Positions 1 through 8,750 of a DNA stretch of 64,000 nt are shown in pieces. The notes under the pieces were generated by a model. That model did not search any database and was not told the DNA's origin. It worked only from the letters and a program-made list of their open reading frames with translations. The position numbers and the translations under genes were made by a program. The stretch is from the NCBI GenBank assembly GCA_963772895.1, contig CAVYZB010000010.1, positions 39,670 through 103,669 of the forward strand, given 5' to 3'. How positions within the stretch are numbered: the first letter of the stretch is position 1; each line of letters starts with the position of its first letter. The stretch is from an uncultured Acidobacteriaceae bacterium. GTDB taxonomy: Bacteria > Acidobacteriota > Terriglobia > Terriglobales > Acidobacteriaceae.

Positions 1-363
1 ATGCACCATGAAGACGCCGGTCAGAAGTACGACCGCCAGAATAATGTTCATGGCCGGGCCGGCAACAGCGATCACGAAGCGCTGCCAGCGCGGGTGCGAC
101 ATGAACTCGTCAGGTGCGCCGCTGCGCGATTCCAGCGGATTCTCGCCCGCCATCTTCACGTATCCGCCCAGCGGCAACGCGCTGATGCGATAGTCGGTTC
201 CACCGCGCCGGAAGCCCGTAAGACGCTTGCCGAAGCCGATGGAAAACACATCGACTCGCACGCCAAACCATTTAGCAGCAGCATAGTGGCCGAATTCGTG
301 CACCAGGATCATGATGCCGAGCACTACCGCCATTGAGGCCACTGCGATTAGAAACGATTCCAT
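1..363 (-). CDS. rseP: RIP zinc metalloprotease RseP (site-2 protease), N-terminal part; gene runs off the window start
   Basis: The minus-strand frame is open from position 1 to the ATG at 363-361. My own translation is MESFLIAVASMAVVLGIMILVHEFGHYAAAKWFGVRVDVFSIGFGKRL..., carrying the HExxH (HEFGH) motif. It lies downstream of dxr as in the conserved uppS-cdsA-dxr-rseP operon. It is absent from the ORF track because no stop lies in the window. Confidence 0.85.
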   Translation of the reverse strand, partial: MESFLIAVASMAVVLGIMILVHEFGHYAAAKWFGVRVDVFSIGFGKRLTGFRRGGTDYRISALPLGGYVKMAGENPLESRSGAPDEFMSHPRWQRFVIAVAGPAMNIILAVVLLTGVFMVH

Positions 364-457
364 AAACCTCTTTAACTAAGGGAAAACCCATCCGGGGGTG
401 TTCCAGGGTGACGTTTCCGCCCCAGCCAAAAGAGGCCTGGAACGGTGCACCCGGAAG

Positions 458-1635
458 TTACATTCTGGAGTCCACACATTGGATGTGATCGCGCGCCCGG
501 AGTCGCGCATTTTCATCGACCGCCAATACTTCTTTTATAGATTCGGGTATTCGCGCCGGCGTTTCCCTGACTACCGCTTCTATTGTAGCTGGAATATCTG
601 TAAATCCAATACCACCTTCGAGGAAAGCCGCCACCGCCACCTCGTCCGCCGCGTTCAACGCGATCGTCTTTGCACCCCCTGCTTCGACTGCCTGGTACGC
701 CAAACGTAAGCAGGGAAATTTGTCCAAGTCAGGAGGCAGAAAATCCAGCCGCCGCAGCTCTTCCACCGGAAAGCGCAGGTCGGACTCAACGCGATCAGGA
801 TAGGTGAGGGCATACAGGATCGGTAATCGCATATCGGTTACCGAGAGTTGGGCGAGCAGGCTGCCGTCCGCGAACTCGACCATCGAGTGGATCGTGCTCT
901 GGGGATGAACGATGACGCTGATCTGGTTGGGCGGCATATCGAACAAGCGGCAAGCCTCGATGACCTCGAAGCCTTTATTCATCAGGGTCGCCGAATCGAT
1001 GGTGATGCGCTTGCCCATCTTCCAGGTCGGATGATTGAGCGCCTGCTCGATGGTGATGCTGGCGAAGTCGCTCGCGGGCGTGTGTAAGAATGGGCCGCCT
1101 GAGGCGGTCAGCCAAACCCGCTGAACTTCGTTGCGGCGACCACCACGCATGCACTGGTGAATCGCGTTGTGCTCGCTGTCGATCGGCAGCAGCGGCTTGC
1201 CCTGCCGGCGGGCTTCAGCGGTAATCAGGTCGCCGGCGGCAACAAGGCATTCTTTATTTGCCAGGCCGACGGTTTTGCCGGCCTTGACCGCTTCGTACGT
1301 GGCCTCGAGTCCGGCGACGCCCACGATTGCGCTGACTACAAAATCGGCATCGGGATGAGTGGAGACCCTGACCGATCCGGCCGACCCGTGCAGCGATTTC
1401 AACGGCGCTTGCCCAGGCCGGCCTTGTTCAGCTTGTCGTGGAGTTGACTGGCGGCTTCGGCCGTTGCCATCGACAAGATCTGCGGACGCCAGCGGCGCGC
1501 CTGCTCGAAGGCAAGCTCGACATTATTGCCAGCCGCCATGCTCACGACGGAGAAGCGGTCAGGGAAGCTCTCGACAATGTTGAGCGTGCTCTTACCGATG
1601 GAGCCAGTCGAGCCTAGGATGGCGATGCGTTTCAT
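458..1635 (-). CDS. dxr: 1-deoxy-D-xylulose 5-phosphate reductoisomerase (Dxr), frame-disrupted as sequenced (1-nt deficit near 1400-1410)
   Basis: ORF 1399..1755 contains MKRIAILGSTGSIGKSTLNIV... (ATG at 1635). ORF 458..1402 contains ...VGLANKECLVAAGDLI...LLPIDSEHNAIHQC.... These are the N- and C-terminal parts of Dxr in different frames. The span is 1178 nt (3n-1). Confidence 0.85.
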
Positions 1636-1642
1636 TGTTTCC

Positions 1643-2581
1643 CTAGCTATGAATGATACTTGTTCCCAGGTAAATGTTGAGGCCGGCAAAATAGAACAAG
1701 ATCGCGACCGGGAGGGCGAACAACAGCGCATCAATGCGGTCCAGCATACCGCCATGCCCGGGAAGAAGCGATCCCGAATCCTTGAGGCCCGCTCCGCGCT
1801 TCATCGCCGATTCAACCAGATCGCCAAGTTGGGCCGCGACGTTGATGCATACCGCGAAGAGGACGACGAGCCAAATGGGCGCTGGGGCCATCGCGACGGT
1901 CGACGTGGAGTACTCCGAAATAAGATGAACCTGAATCAGGCCAGAGTAGATAGACGGGAGAAACTGGAACAGCAGAAGGGCGACGACCACGGCGCCCAGC
2001 ACCGAGGCGATTGCCCCTTCCCACGTTTTTCCGGGGCTGATCCGGGCCGCCAGCTTGTGTTTGCCAATCGCGCGGCCCACATAGAGCGCGGCGATATCGC
2101 CCGTCCAAACCAGCAACATGACATACAACAGAAAAAGTGCGCCATTTTCCATGTCCCGCAAGCTAACCATGCAGGAGAGCGTAACGCCAATGTATGGCAG
2201 CACCATGAATGACACAGCTGCATCGGGCAGAGCTTCGGCAAGAGGATCGCGTCGCATACTTGCCACCAACAGTACGAGAGGCGAAATGAGCAGCACCGCA
2301 AGAGCGCCCATGCCGGCGACAAATGCGGCTGCGCCAAGATTCTGGGACCATGCCCAGTCAGTGACGTACGTCGACGCCTGCACCAGAAAGCCGCAAACCA
2401 GAAACAGGTAGCTCAGTCCTCGAAAGGGCCGAAAACCATCGGCCTGTACAATTCCCAGAAATTCCTTCGCCGCCAGCAGGGCCACTCCGAGGACCAGCAA
2501 GGTGAACAGCCATAGCGGCGCCTTGAACAAAGCCAGGATAACGAGTGGAATCAGGATGACGGCAGTCAGGACGCGCTTCAC
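1643..2581 (-). CDS. cdsA: phosphatidate cytidylyltransferase (CDP-diglyceride synthase)
   Basis: This is the C-terminal 312 codons of ORF 1643..2971. It is multi-TM with ...WTGDIAALYVGRAIGKHKLAARISPGKTWEGAI... and ...LPGHGGMLDRIDALLF.... The start is a GTG at 2581 overlapping the uppS stop (GTGA). The upstream ORF extension overlaps uppS and is Arg-rich junk. Confidence 0.85.
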   Translation of the reverse strand: MKRVLTAVILIPLVILALFKAPLWLFTLLVLGVALLAAKEFLGIVQADGFRPFRGLSYLFLVCGFLVQASTYVTDWAWSQNLGAAAFVAGMGALAVLLISPLVLLVASMRRDPLAEALPDAAVSFMVLPYIGVTLSCMVSLRDMENGALFLLYVMLLVWTGDIAALYVGRAIGKHKLAARISPGKTWEGAIASVLGAVVVALLLFQFLPSIYSGLIQVHLISEYSTSTVAMAPAPIWLVVLFAVCINVAAQLGDLVESAMKRGAGLKDSGSLLPGHGGMLDRIDALLFALPVAILFYFAGLNIYLGTSIIHS

Positions 2582-3369
2582 GAGGAATGTCCGTTGTCTG
2601 TGACTAGTCCTCCGAAGCGGCGCTCGCGCTTTTGAAAAGCTTCGATGGCTTCCAGCAACTGGATGCCGCGAAAATCGGGCCACAGCGTTTCGGTGACGTA
2701 AATCTCGGCATAGGCCACCTGCCACAGAAGAAAATTGCTGAGGCGCATTTCGCCGCTGGTGCGGATCACGAGATCCAACTCCGGCAAGCCATTGGTGTAA
2801 AGGTGGGTGGCAATCGATTTCTCGTCGATCTTCAGGTGCTCGACGCCGCCGTTGCGCGACGCTTCGCGCAGCAGCGCGTTGAACGAATCGACCAACTCGG
2901 TCCGAGAACTGTAATTGAGCGCGAGGGTGAGCACCATGCCGGTGTTCTTTTCGGTCATCTCGCGCGCCCACGCCATGCGCTCCTGAACTTCCTGCGGCAG
3001 CTCCTGCTGGCGGCCGATGTACTGCAGCCGGATGTTGTTTTCCATCAAGGTGGGCAGTTCCATCTTGAGGTAGCGGCGTAGCAGATTCATGAGATAGGTG
3101 ACTTCACCTTTGGGGCGCTTCCAATTTTCGGCCGAGAATGAGTACAGCGTGAGGGCGGGGACACCGATCCGCGCAGCCGTTTCGACGGTCGAGCGCACCG
3201 CGGCCACGCCCGAGCGGTGCCCCGCGATGCGAGGCAAATGCCGACGTTTGGCCCAACGGCCATTTCCGTCCATGATGATGGCGATGTGGTGGGGCAGCCG
3301 CTCCGGATCGAGGCGGGAGTAAATCTCGGCCTCTTTGCGGTTCAGCCCAGCGGGCACTTGTGCGCGCAA
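2578..3369 (-). CDS. uppS: di-trans,poly-cis-undecaprenyl-diphosphate synthase
   Basis: Carries HIAIIMDGNGRWAKRR, ...LTLYSFSAENWKRP... and ...IRTSGEMRLSNFLLWQVAYAE..., the classical cis-prenyltransferase motifs. Confidence 0.9.
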   Translation of the reverse strand: MRAQVPAGLNRKEAEIYSRLDPERLPHHIAIIMDGNGRWAKRRHLPRIAGHRSGVAAVRSTVETAARIGVPALTLYSFSAENWKRPKGEVTYLMNLLRRYLKMELPTLMENNIRLQYIGRQQELPQEVQERMAWAREMTEKNTGMVLTLALNYSSRTELVDSFNALLREASRNGGVEHLKIDEKSIATHLYTNGLPELDLVIRTSGEMRLSNFLLWQVAYAEIYVTETLWPDFRGIQLLEAIEAFQKRERRFGGLVTDNGHSS

Positions 3370-3684
3370 AGCGTACCTCTAATCGTCTTTGAAAGTAGCA
3401 CACGCCGTACGGGGGTGCAACGAAAAGAGGGGATTAGTGTTGGAGGGCCCAGCTACACAACGAGGCGAGCAAGTCCATGTCGAACAGCGAGAACAAATTC
3501 ACCCGCTGACGCTTCTGAGGTGCGACACATCGCCAACAAAGAAGCCAACCGAGAAAACCAAGGCAGCGAGCCTCGGCATTCTGGTCGGTGGTTTGTTTCA
3601 TGCGACGTTCAGGTCTCTGCGGGTATCGGTTTGCGCAGGTCGAGCGGACGTTCGCCGTACAGGACAGAGCTCGTCAACGGCTAA

Positions 3685-4221
3685 CTACGCGCCGCGCCGT
3701 GGATGCAGCACCATGTCGCGGACTTGCGCGAGCACGCTAGACAACTGCATAGCATTGAGCTTCGAGGTGAACTCGAGCAACTCAGCGACGAACGGGTCGG
3801 CCATCAGCTCACTGATTTCGTCGTCGCGAGACGGGCCGCAGGCGCGCAGCAGGTCGGGCACGCTGACCTCAAGCGCGATCGCCAGCCGGTTGAGCGACGA
3901 CAACGTCGGTATCGCCTTTTCGTTCTCGATCTTGGAGACGTAAGTTCGAGGAACGCCCATTCGCAACGCAAGCTGGCGTTGGCTCAGCCCACCGCGCAGG
4001 CGCAAGCTGCGAATCGCGTGGGCGACACGCACCTCGGAGCGAGTGGACGTTGCCGGAGCTGCGACCTGGAGAGCCGGCATGAGAATTGGCTCGGGCTCGT
4101 CCTCATCCAGCGACGTGCGGCAGCGACGGCAAAGATTGTTGGCGGTTTTGAACTGGACGAGATGACATTGGTCGCATCTCACCACTTCCCGGGAATCAAC
4201 GGGCGCGAGAGTCGTGGCCAT
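3685..4221 (-). CDS. XRE-family HTH transcriptional regulator with N-terminal CxxC...CxxC zinc-ribbon
   Basis: The N-terminus has CDQCHLVQFKTANNLCRRC. The core LRGGLSQRQLALRMGVPRTYVSKIENEKAIPTLSSLNRLAIAL is a typical HTH_XRE. Confidence 0.7.
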   Translation of the reverse strand: MATTLAPVDSREVVRCDQCHLVQFKTANNLCRRCRTSLDEDEPEPILMPALQVAAPATSTRSEVRVAHAIRSLRLRGGLSQRQLALRMGVPRTYVSKIENEKAIPTLSSLNRLAIALEVSVPDLLRACGPSRDDEISELMADPFVAELLEFTSKLNAMQLSSVLAQVRDMVLHPRRGA

Positions 4222-4395
4222 GCAGGTTGCGCGAGTGCCAGAGCGGGCACAGCATCAAACTTAGGCGTACTTTGCGGTATTCCTCTGCTAGAGTCAAGTG
4301 TATTGTCGGATGAAAACCGAAAAAGCTGTGCAAATCCGTCAATCGCAGGCCAGCGAGGCGGAAGAAAAGCCGATAAAACACGGGAGAAACACGGA

Positions 4396-4959
4396 ATGAC
4401 GCGCTCCGATGCGTGGTGTTTACTAACTGAGTTCACCCAATCAGAAAGCTTGCGAAAACATGCTCTCGCGGTAGAAGCGTGCATGCGTGCCTACGCTGGT
4501 AAGTTCGGTGAGGACGAAGAGCGCTGGGGAATCGTTGGCCTGATTCATGACTTCGATTACGAGAAGTATCCCACCGCGGAAGAGCATCCCTACAAAGGAA
4601 ATGAAATCTTGGAGGAGCGCGGCTATCCCGAGGACGTTCGGCGAGCCATCATGTCCCATGCCGACTACACCGGCGTGAGCCGCGACTCGAATCTGGAAAA
4701 AGCGTTGTTTGCCTGCGACGAACTGGCGGGCTTCATTACTGCGACGGCGCTGATCAAGCCCAACAAGTCGCTGGCCGAGGTGGATGCGAAGTCGGTACGA
4801 AAGCGCATGAAGGACAAAGCTTTCGCGCGCTCGGTTAGCCGCGAGGACATCATCAACGGAGCAGCCGGCCTGGGGGTCGACCTGGACGAGCACATCGCGT
4901 TTTGCATTGAGGCAATGAGAGGAATCGCCAGCGAATTGGGACTGGCAGGCAAAACGTAG
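4396..4959 (+). CDS. HD/HDIG-domain metal-dependent phosphohydrolase
   Basis: The in-frame ATG at 4396 lies within ORF 3703..4959. The sequence has ...RKHALAVEACMRAYA...GLIHDFDY...MSHADYTG..., the H..HD..D pattern of HD-domain proteins. The upstream part of the track ORF is antisense to the XRE gene. Confidence 0.75.
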   Translation: MTRSDAWCLLTEFTQSESLRKHALAVEACMRAYAGKFGEDEERWGIVGLIHDFDYEKYPTAEEHPYKGNEILEERGYPEDVRRAIMSHADYTGVSRDSNLEKALFACDELAGFITATALIKPNKSLAEVDAKSVRKRMKDKAFARSVSREDIINGAAGLGVDLDEHIAFCIEAMRGIASELGLAGKT

Positions 4960-5096
4960 TGAGCCGATTAGGCGGAATGATCTGGGCGAGTTTTGGCTTG
5001 ATCAAACAAGCTATGCCAGCCCACTATTCTTTGTTCCCACCCTTTCTCAAAAGAGGAGATAAGGCTGGGCACGCGGCGGATTATCGAAGGAGTTGC

Positions 5097-6731
5097 ATGG
5101 CTGCCACCAGCGCCCAATCCAAGACAGCGATCGTGCCAGCCAAGAGCTTCTTCGTCACTGAATCACGCTGGCGCAGCTTGCTGCTCTGCCTTTTTCTGGT
5201 AGTTTCGACCGTCTTGGTGTACTACCGCGTCCACACCCATCCTTTCTTTGGTCCGGATGACGCCTTGTACGTCGTGGACACTGAAGCCCTCCACCACGGA
5301 TTGAACTGGGAAACGATTGTGTGGTCGTTCCGCGTGCTCTACATGGGTAACTGGATCCCCTTAACGTGGATGGCTCACGCCGTCGACTACCGGCTTTTCG
5401 GTCTGAACCCGGCTGGACATCACATGGTCAACGTGCTGCTGCACGGGCTGAACGCGACGCTGCTATTTTGGGTGCTGAAACGCGCCACTGGATATACCGG
5501 ACGCAGCTTTATGGTAGCGGCGCTGTTCGCCATCCACCCCATGAACGTAGAGCCCGTGGCTTGGGTTGCCGAACTCAAGACCATGCTGAGCATGACTTTC
5601 TTCCTGCTCGCCCTGGCTGCATACGGCTGGTATGCGCGGGCGCCACGGAACGACGGCCGATACGCGGTGGTCGCGTTGCTGTTTGGCGTGGGTTTAACCG
5701 CCAAGCCACAGATCATCACCCTACCCTTTGTCCTATTGCTCTGGGATTATTGGCCATTGCAGCGGATGTTTCACGACAGCAGTTCGTCAGCTCCGCCGTC
5801 AGGCGCATATCCGCCGCACAGCTTCTCTCAGCTAGTGAAGGAAAAGGTTCCACTTTTGGCGCTGTGTTTGATGGACGCATTGCTCACGATGAAGACCCAG
5901 TCGGGGTGGAAGTTTAAGCCACCGCTTCCGGCCCGCCTGGAGAACGCAACTTTCTCTTATTGGCTGTATGTTAAAAAGGCGTTTTGGCCAACGGCCATGG
6001 CTCCCGAATACCCGCATCTTGCCCGGTTCCTGACGGCGTGGGAGGTTGCGGGCGCAGCGCTTCTTCTGCTAGCCATTACGGCACTTGTCTTGCATGGGCG
6101 GCGGTATCGTTATTTGCCGGTCGGATGGTTCTGGTTTTTGGGAACTCTGGTACCCACCATTGGACTTATGCAGGTGGGATTGCAAGGCATGGCAGACCGC
6201 TACGCTTACGAATCTTTTCTGGGGCTGTTCATCATGGTTTGCTGGGGAGTTTCCGACGGGGCCGAACGCCGCCATATTTCCGTGGCTTGGCTAGCGAGCG
6301 CAAGTGCCGTCGTTGTATTGGCCTTAACTGTAGTCACATGTCGGCAAATCGGCTACTGGCAAGACGACCTCACGCTGTGGAAGCACGCAGCTCTGGTGGC
6401 GAAGCATGGTTGGGTGGCGGAGGACCAGGTGGGTCTCATCTTGGTGGGACGGGGCAAAAACGACGAAGCCATGGAACACTTCTTTCGCGCGGCCGCCGCG
6501 AACCCGACCGACAGCACCAGCAATATCGAAATCGCCCTGTACGAGCAGAAACGTGGAAACTTTCGGGAGGAGATCGGTCGCTACCAGCATGCGCTTGAAG
6601 ACTACAACTTCAATCTGCCGCCCGAGAATAGAGTGAAGGTGTTGGTGAATATGGCGATCGCCTATGGTGAGCTCGGCGATGATATGAACGCCCAATTATG
6701 CTTGCGCCAGGCCAGAGAACTGCAGAAGTAG
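5097..6731 (+). CDS. multi-pass membrane protein with C-terminal TPR repeats (TMTC/PMT_2-like GT-C glycosyltransferase candidate)
   Basis: ATG at 5097 follows GGAG. The N-terminal roughly 400 aa are strongly hydrophobic (for example ...GNWIPLTWMAHAVDYRLFGLNPAGHHMVNVLLHGLNA...). The C-terminus has TPR-like repeats (...ALYEQKRGNFREEIGRYQHALE...AIAYGELGDDMNAQLCL...). Family assignment is from memory of similar bacterial TPR membrane proteins. Confidence 0.55.
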   Translation: MAATSAQSKTAIVPAKSFFVTESRWRSLLLCLFLVVSTVLVYYRVHTHPFFGPDDALYVVDTEALHHGLNWETIVWSFRVLYMGNWIPLTWMAHAVDYRLFGLNPAGHHMVNVLLHGLNATLLFWVLKRATGYTGRSFMVAALFAIHPMNVEPVAWVAELKTMLSMTFFLLALAAYGWYARAPRNDGRYAVVALLFGVGLTAKPQIITLPFVLLLWDYWPLQRMFHDSSSSAPPSGAYPPHSFSQLVKEKVPLLALCLMDALLTMKTQSGWKFKPPLPARLENATFSYWLYVKKAFWPTAMAPEYPHLARFLTAWEVAGAALLLLAITALVLHGRRYRYLPVGWFWFLGTLVPTIGLMQVGLQGMADRYAYESFLGLFIMVCWGVSDGAERRHISVAWLASASAVVVLALTVVTCRQIGYWQDDLTLWKHAALVAKHGWVAEDQVGLILVGRGKNDEAMEHFFRAAAANPTDSTSNIEIALYEQKRGNFREEIGRYQHALEDYNFNLPPENRVKVLVNMAIAYGELGDDMNAQLCLRQARELQK

Positions 6732-6790
6732 GTGGAATAGCATCCCCTTATTCTTAGCGCGGGTCGGCATCCTGCGTTCGACCGCCAAGC

Positions 6791-7183
6791 TCAATTGCCA
6801 TGCGAATGCCGCTCGGGCATGCCGAGACTTCGAACTGTATCGCCCTCGAAGTCGAATTCGATCAGCACGGCCGGTTCATTCCCCACCACCCAGCCATCGT
6901 GACCCGGGTCAATCACAACAACCTGAGGAGCCCTGAACTCCACGATGCAGCCGTCCGCGTACTCAATGTGGATCTGCCCCGAGGCCAGAAAACCGGCGTG
7001 CGCGTGCATGCATAGATCGGTTCCGCTAACCGGCTTCATATGCGTTGACCAACGAAACCCTGGTGGGTAGATGACGCGTTTGACGCGCGCCGCTCCGGCG
7101 GCCGCTATGTCCAGCTGTACCGTTCCCACTTCCCGGTGCTGAGTTCCCTTCATGGGTGCGAGAAGAGGATTGGCATCGCTCAT
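6791..7183 (-). CDS. cupin-domain protein
   Basis: A 130-aa ORF with a beta-rich composition and His-containing segments (...MHAHAGFLASGQIHIEYADG...) typical of small cupins. Function is unknown. Confidence 0.55.
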   Translation of the reverse strand: MSDANPLLAPMKGTQHREVGTVQLDIAAAGAARVKRVIYPPGFRWSTHMKPVSGTDLCMHAHAGFLASGQIHIEYADGCIVEFRAPQVVVIDPGHDGWVVGNEPAVLIEFDFEGDTVRSLGMPERHSHGN

Positions 7184-7317
7184 GAGGATTCCTCCGAGGT
7201 TTCTGCGCGGACTGTCGAATCGCTTCCATGTTCTCGTATCGAAGCAAGCGCATGTCCGGCGCGTTCCTGAGGATACCGCACCACGCCAGCCTCCGCCAGA
7301 AGCACAAAAGACTTTCT

Positions 7318-7389
7318 TTCACCACAGAAGACACGGAGGGCACGGGGAAAAAGAATAAGACTCCGTGGCCTCCATGTCTCCGTGGTGAA
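7318..7389. repeat. inverted pair of a roughly 30-nt GTGGTGAA-ended repeat element (long imperfect hairpin)
   Basis: The left arm is TTCACCACAGAAGACACGGAGGGCACGGGG (7318-7347). A 13-nt A-rich loop follows. The right arm is CTCCGTGGCCTCCATGTCTCCGTGGTGAA (7361-7389). The arms are about 80% complementary. A third single copy lies at 20476-20503. Confidence 0.6.
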
Positions 7390-7442
7390 TACGGTTTTCG
7401 TGCTTCTCGCCGATCTCTCTGATTCCAGAGCAAATCCAGTGC

Positions 7443-7483
7443 TTGACATTGCAAATTGCAATATTATAATTACAAATTGCAAT
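7443..7483 (+). promoter_or_regulatory. near-consensus sigma70-type promoter overlapped by repeated ATTGCAAT palindromes (probable autoregulatory operator)
   Basis: TTGACA (7443-7448) is separated by a 16-nt spacer from TATAAT (7465-7470). The perfect 8-bp palindrome ATTGCAAT occurs at 7455-7462 and 7476-7483, 21 bp apart. The 11-nt direct repeat CAAATTGCAAT occurs at 7452-7462 and 7473-7483. The ATG lies at 7484. Confidence 0.6.
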
Positions 7484-8005
7484 ATGAAACTGGGCGAGAA
7501 AATCCGCTACCTCAGGCTGGTCGAAGGCACTCTGCGTGGCATGGGCCGGGAGATGACGCAGCAGGATCTGGTGGCTGCGCTGAAAAAGGAAGTGGGTAGC
7601 GGCCTGAGCCAGTCGTACTTGTCGCAGATCGAAAGCGGAGCGCGCCCGCACCTGACCAATGCGTCGCGCATGCTGTTGGCGCGGTTCTTCAAGGTGCATC
7701 CGGGCTATCTGGTGGACGATCCCGAGGGCTACCACACCGAGCTGACCAGCGATTTGCGCGCCATGGAAGACCGGCTCGATCTTTGGCTAATCAACGGAGC
7801 GGAGCAGTTTGCGCGCGATCCCGCGCTGAGCCAGGCGCTATTGCAGGTGGCGAAGTATAAGGACACGCGCAAGTGCCTGCTGCTGCTAGGCGCGATTCTG
7901 GAAGCGCCAGAGTTGGTGGACCGTTTGTCCGAGGTGTTGAAGCCGGGCGCCGGGGAACCGCATGGCAGCGCGCGCAAAAGGAAATCAGCGGGAGCAACCC
8001 TATGA
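7484..8005 (+). CDS. XRE-family HTH transcriptional regulator
   Basis: The protein begins MKLGEKIRYLRL... and contains ...MTQQDLVAALKKEVGSGLSQSYLSQIESGARP... (HTH_XRE). Its stop overlaps the next gene's start (ATGA at 8002-8005). Confidence 0.7.
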   Translation: MKLGEKIRYLRLVEGTLRGMGREMTQQDLVAALKKEVGSGLSQSYLSQIESGARPHLTNASRMLLARFFKVHPGYLVDDPEGYHTELTSDLRAMEDRLDLWLINGAEQFARDPALSQALLQVAKYKDTRKCLLLLGAILEAPELVDRLSEVLKPGAGEPHGSARKRKSAGATL

Positions 8006-8604
8006 CATGGGAAATATTTTATCTCGTGTGCTTTCTGTTCGGAGTAACGATGATCGGGCTCTCCTTCCTGGGCGGAAGCCTGCACTTGCCGCACGTCCAT
8101 TTGCATTTACCCCACGGCGGCCCTCCCGTCGCAGGTGGAGCACACGGCGCCAGCACAAACGGCTCCGACATGCCGTTCTTCAACTTCGGAACGGTCATGG
8201 CATTTCTCGCCTGGTTTGGCGGGACCGGCTACTTGCTGACGCGCTACTCCTCGCTGGTCGTCGCTGGAGTGTTAACGCTGGCTGTCGTCGCCGGACTAGT
8301 AGGAGCAACAATTGTTTTCTGGTTCGTCGCCAAAGTGTTGCTCAAGTACGATCGCGATCTCGATCCAGCGGATTACGAGCGAGTGGGGGTGCTGGGCCGC
8401 ATCAGCAGTCCGATCCGAGCGGGCGGCACGGGCGAAATTATCTTCTCGCAGGCGGGTACCCGGCACACATGCGGCGCTCGCAGTGAAAACGGCGAAGCCT
8501 TGCCGCGCGGCAGTGAGGTCATCGTCACGCGATACGAGAAAGGCATTGCCTACGTGAGACGGTGGGAAGAAATGGCGGAGGAAGAAGAGGCAATTAGCAA
8601 TTAG
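8002..8604 (+). CDS. NfeD-family membrane protein (YqiJ-like partner of flotillin)
   Basis: It has N-terminal TM helices. The C-terminal soluble segment ...GVLGRISSPIRAGGTGEIIFSQAGTRHTCGARSENGEALPRGSEVIVTRYEKGIAYV is like the NfeD OB-fold. It lies directly upstream of an SPFH/flotillin gene, the canonical pairing. Confidence 0.7.
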   Translation: MTWEIFYLVCFLFGVTMIGLSFLGGSLHLPHVHLHLPHGGPPVAGGAHGASTNGSDMPFFNFGTVMAFLAWFGGTGYLLTRYSSLVVAGVLTLAVVAGLVGATIVFWFVAKVLLKYDRDLDPADYERVGVLGRISSPIRAGGTGEIIFSQAGTRHTCGARSENGEALPRGSEVIVTRYEKGIAYVRRWEEMAEEEEAISN

Positions 8605-8656
8605 CAATTAGCAATTAGCAGTTAGCAATTAGCTCTTAGCTTTTAGCTCTTAGTAG
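8591..8656. repeat. tandem heptamer array, 9 x CNNTTAG (mostly CAATTAG)
   Basis: The units are CAATTAG x4, CAGTTAG, CAATTAG, CTCTTAG, CTTTTAG and CTCTTAG, then TAG. The first two units encode the last NfeD codons (AISN) and its stop at 8602-8604. Confidence 0.85.
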
Positions 8657-8750
8657 ACGGCGCTGAGATTCTAAGGCGAAAGGCAGTCACAGGTGATGCG
8701 CGGACAGCAAACACGAGCAGCCTTTAGGGCTCGAAGATACGGGCGCAAGG

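Noticed and set aside
2582-2971. The N-terminal 130-codon extension of the cdsA ORF (track ORF 1643..2971).
   Set aside because: It overlaps the 3' part of uppS in another frame and is Arg/His-rich nonsense. A GTG at 2581 gives the normal CdsA N-terminal TM helix and a GTGA overlap with the uppS stop.
3370-3684. The 315-nt gap between the XRE gene and uppS. It contains plus-strand ORFs 3217..3684 and 3389..3943 and a possible roughly 50-codon minus-strand ORF starting at 3600.
   Set aside because: There is no RBS, no motif and poor coding composition. It is more likely the uppS operon promoter region. I could not support an ncRNA call by eye.
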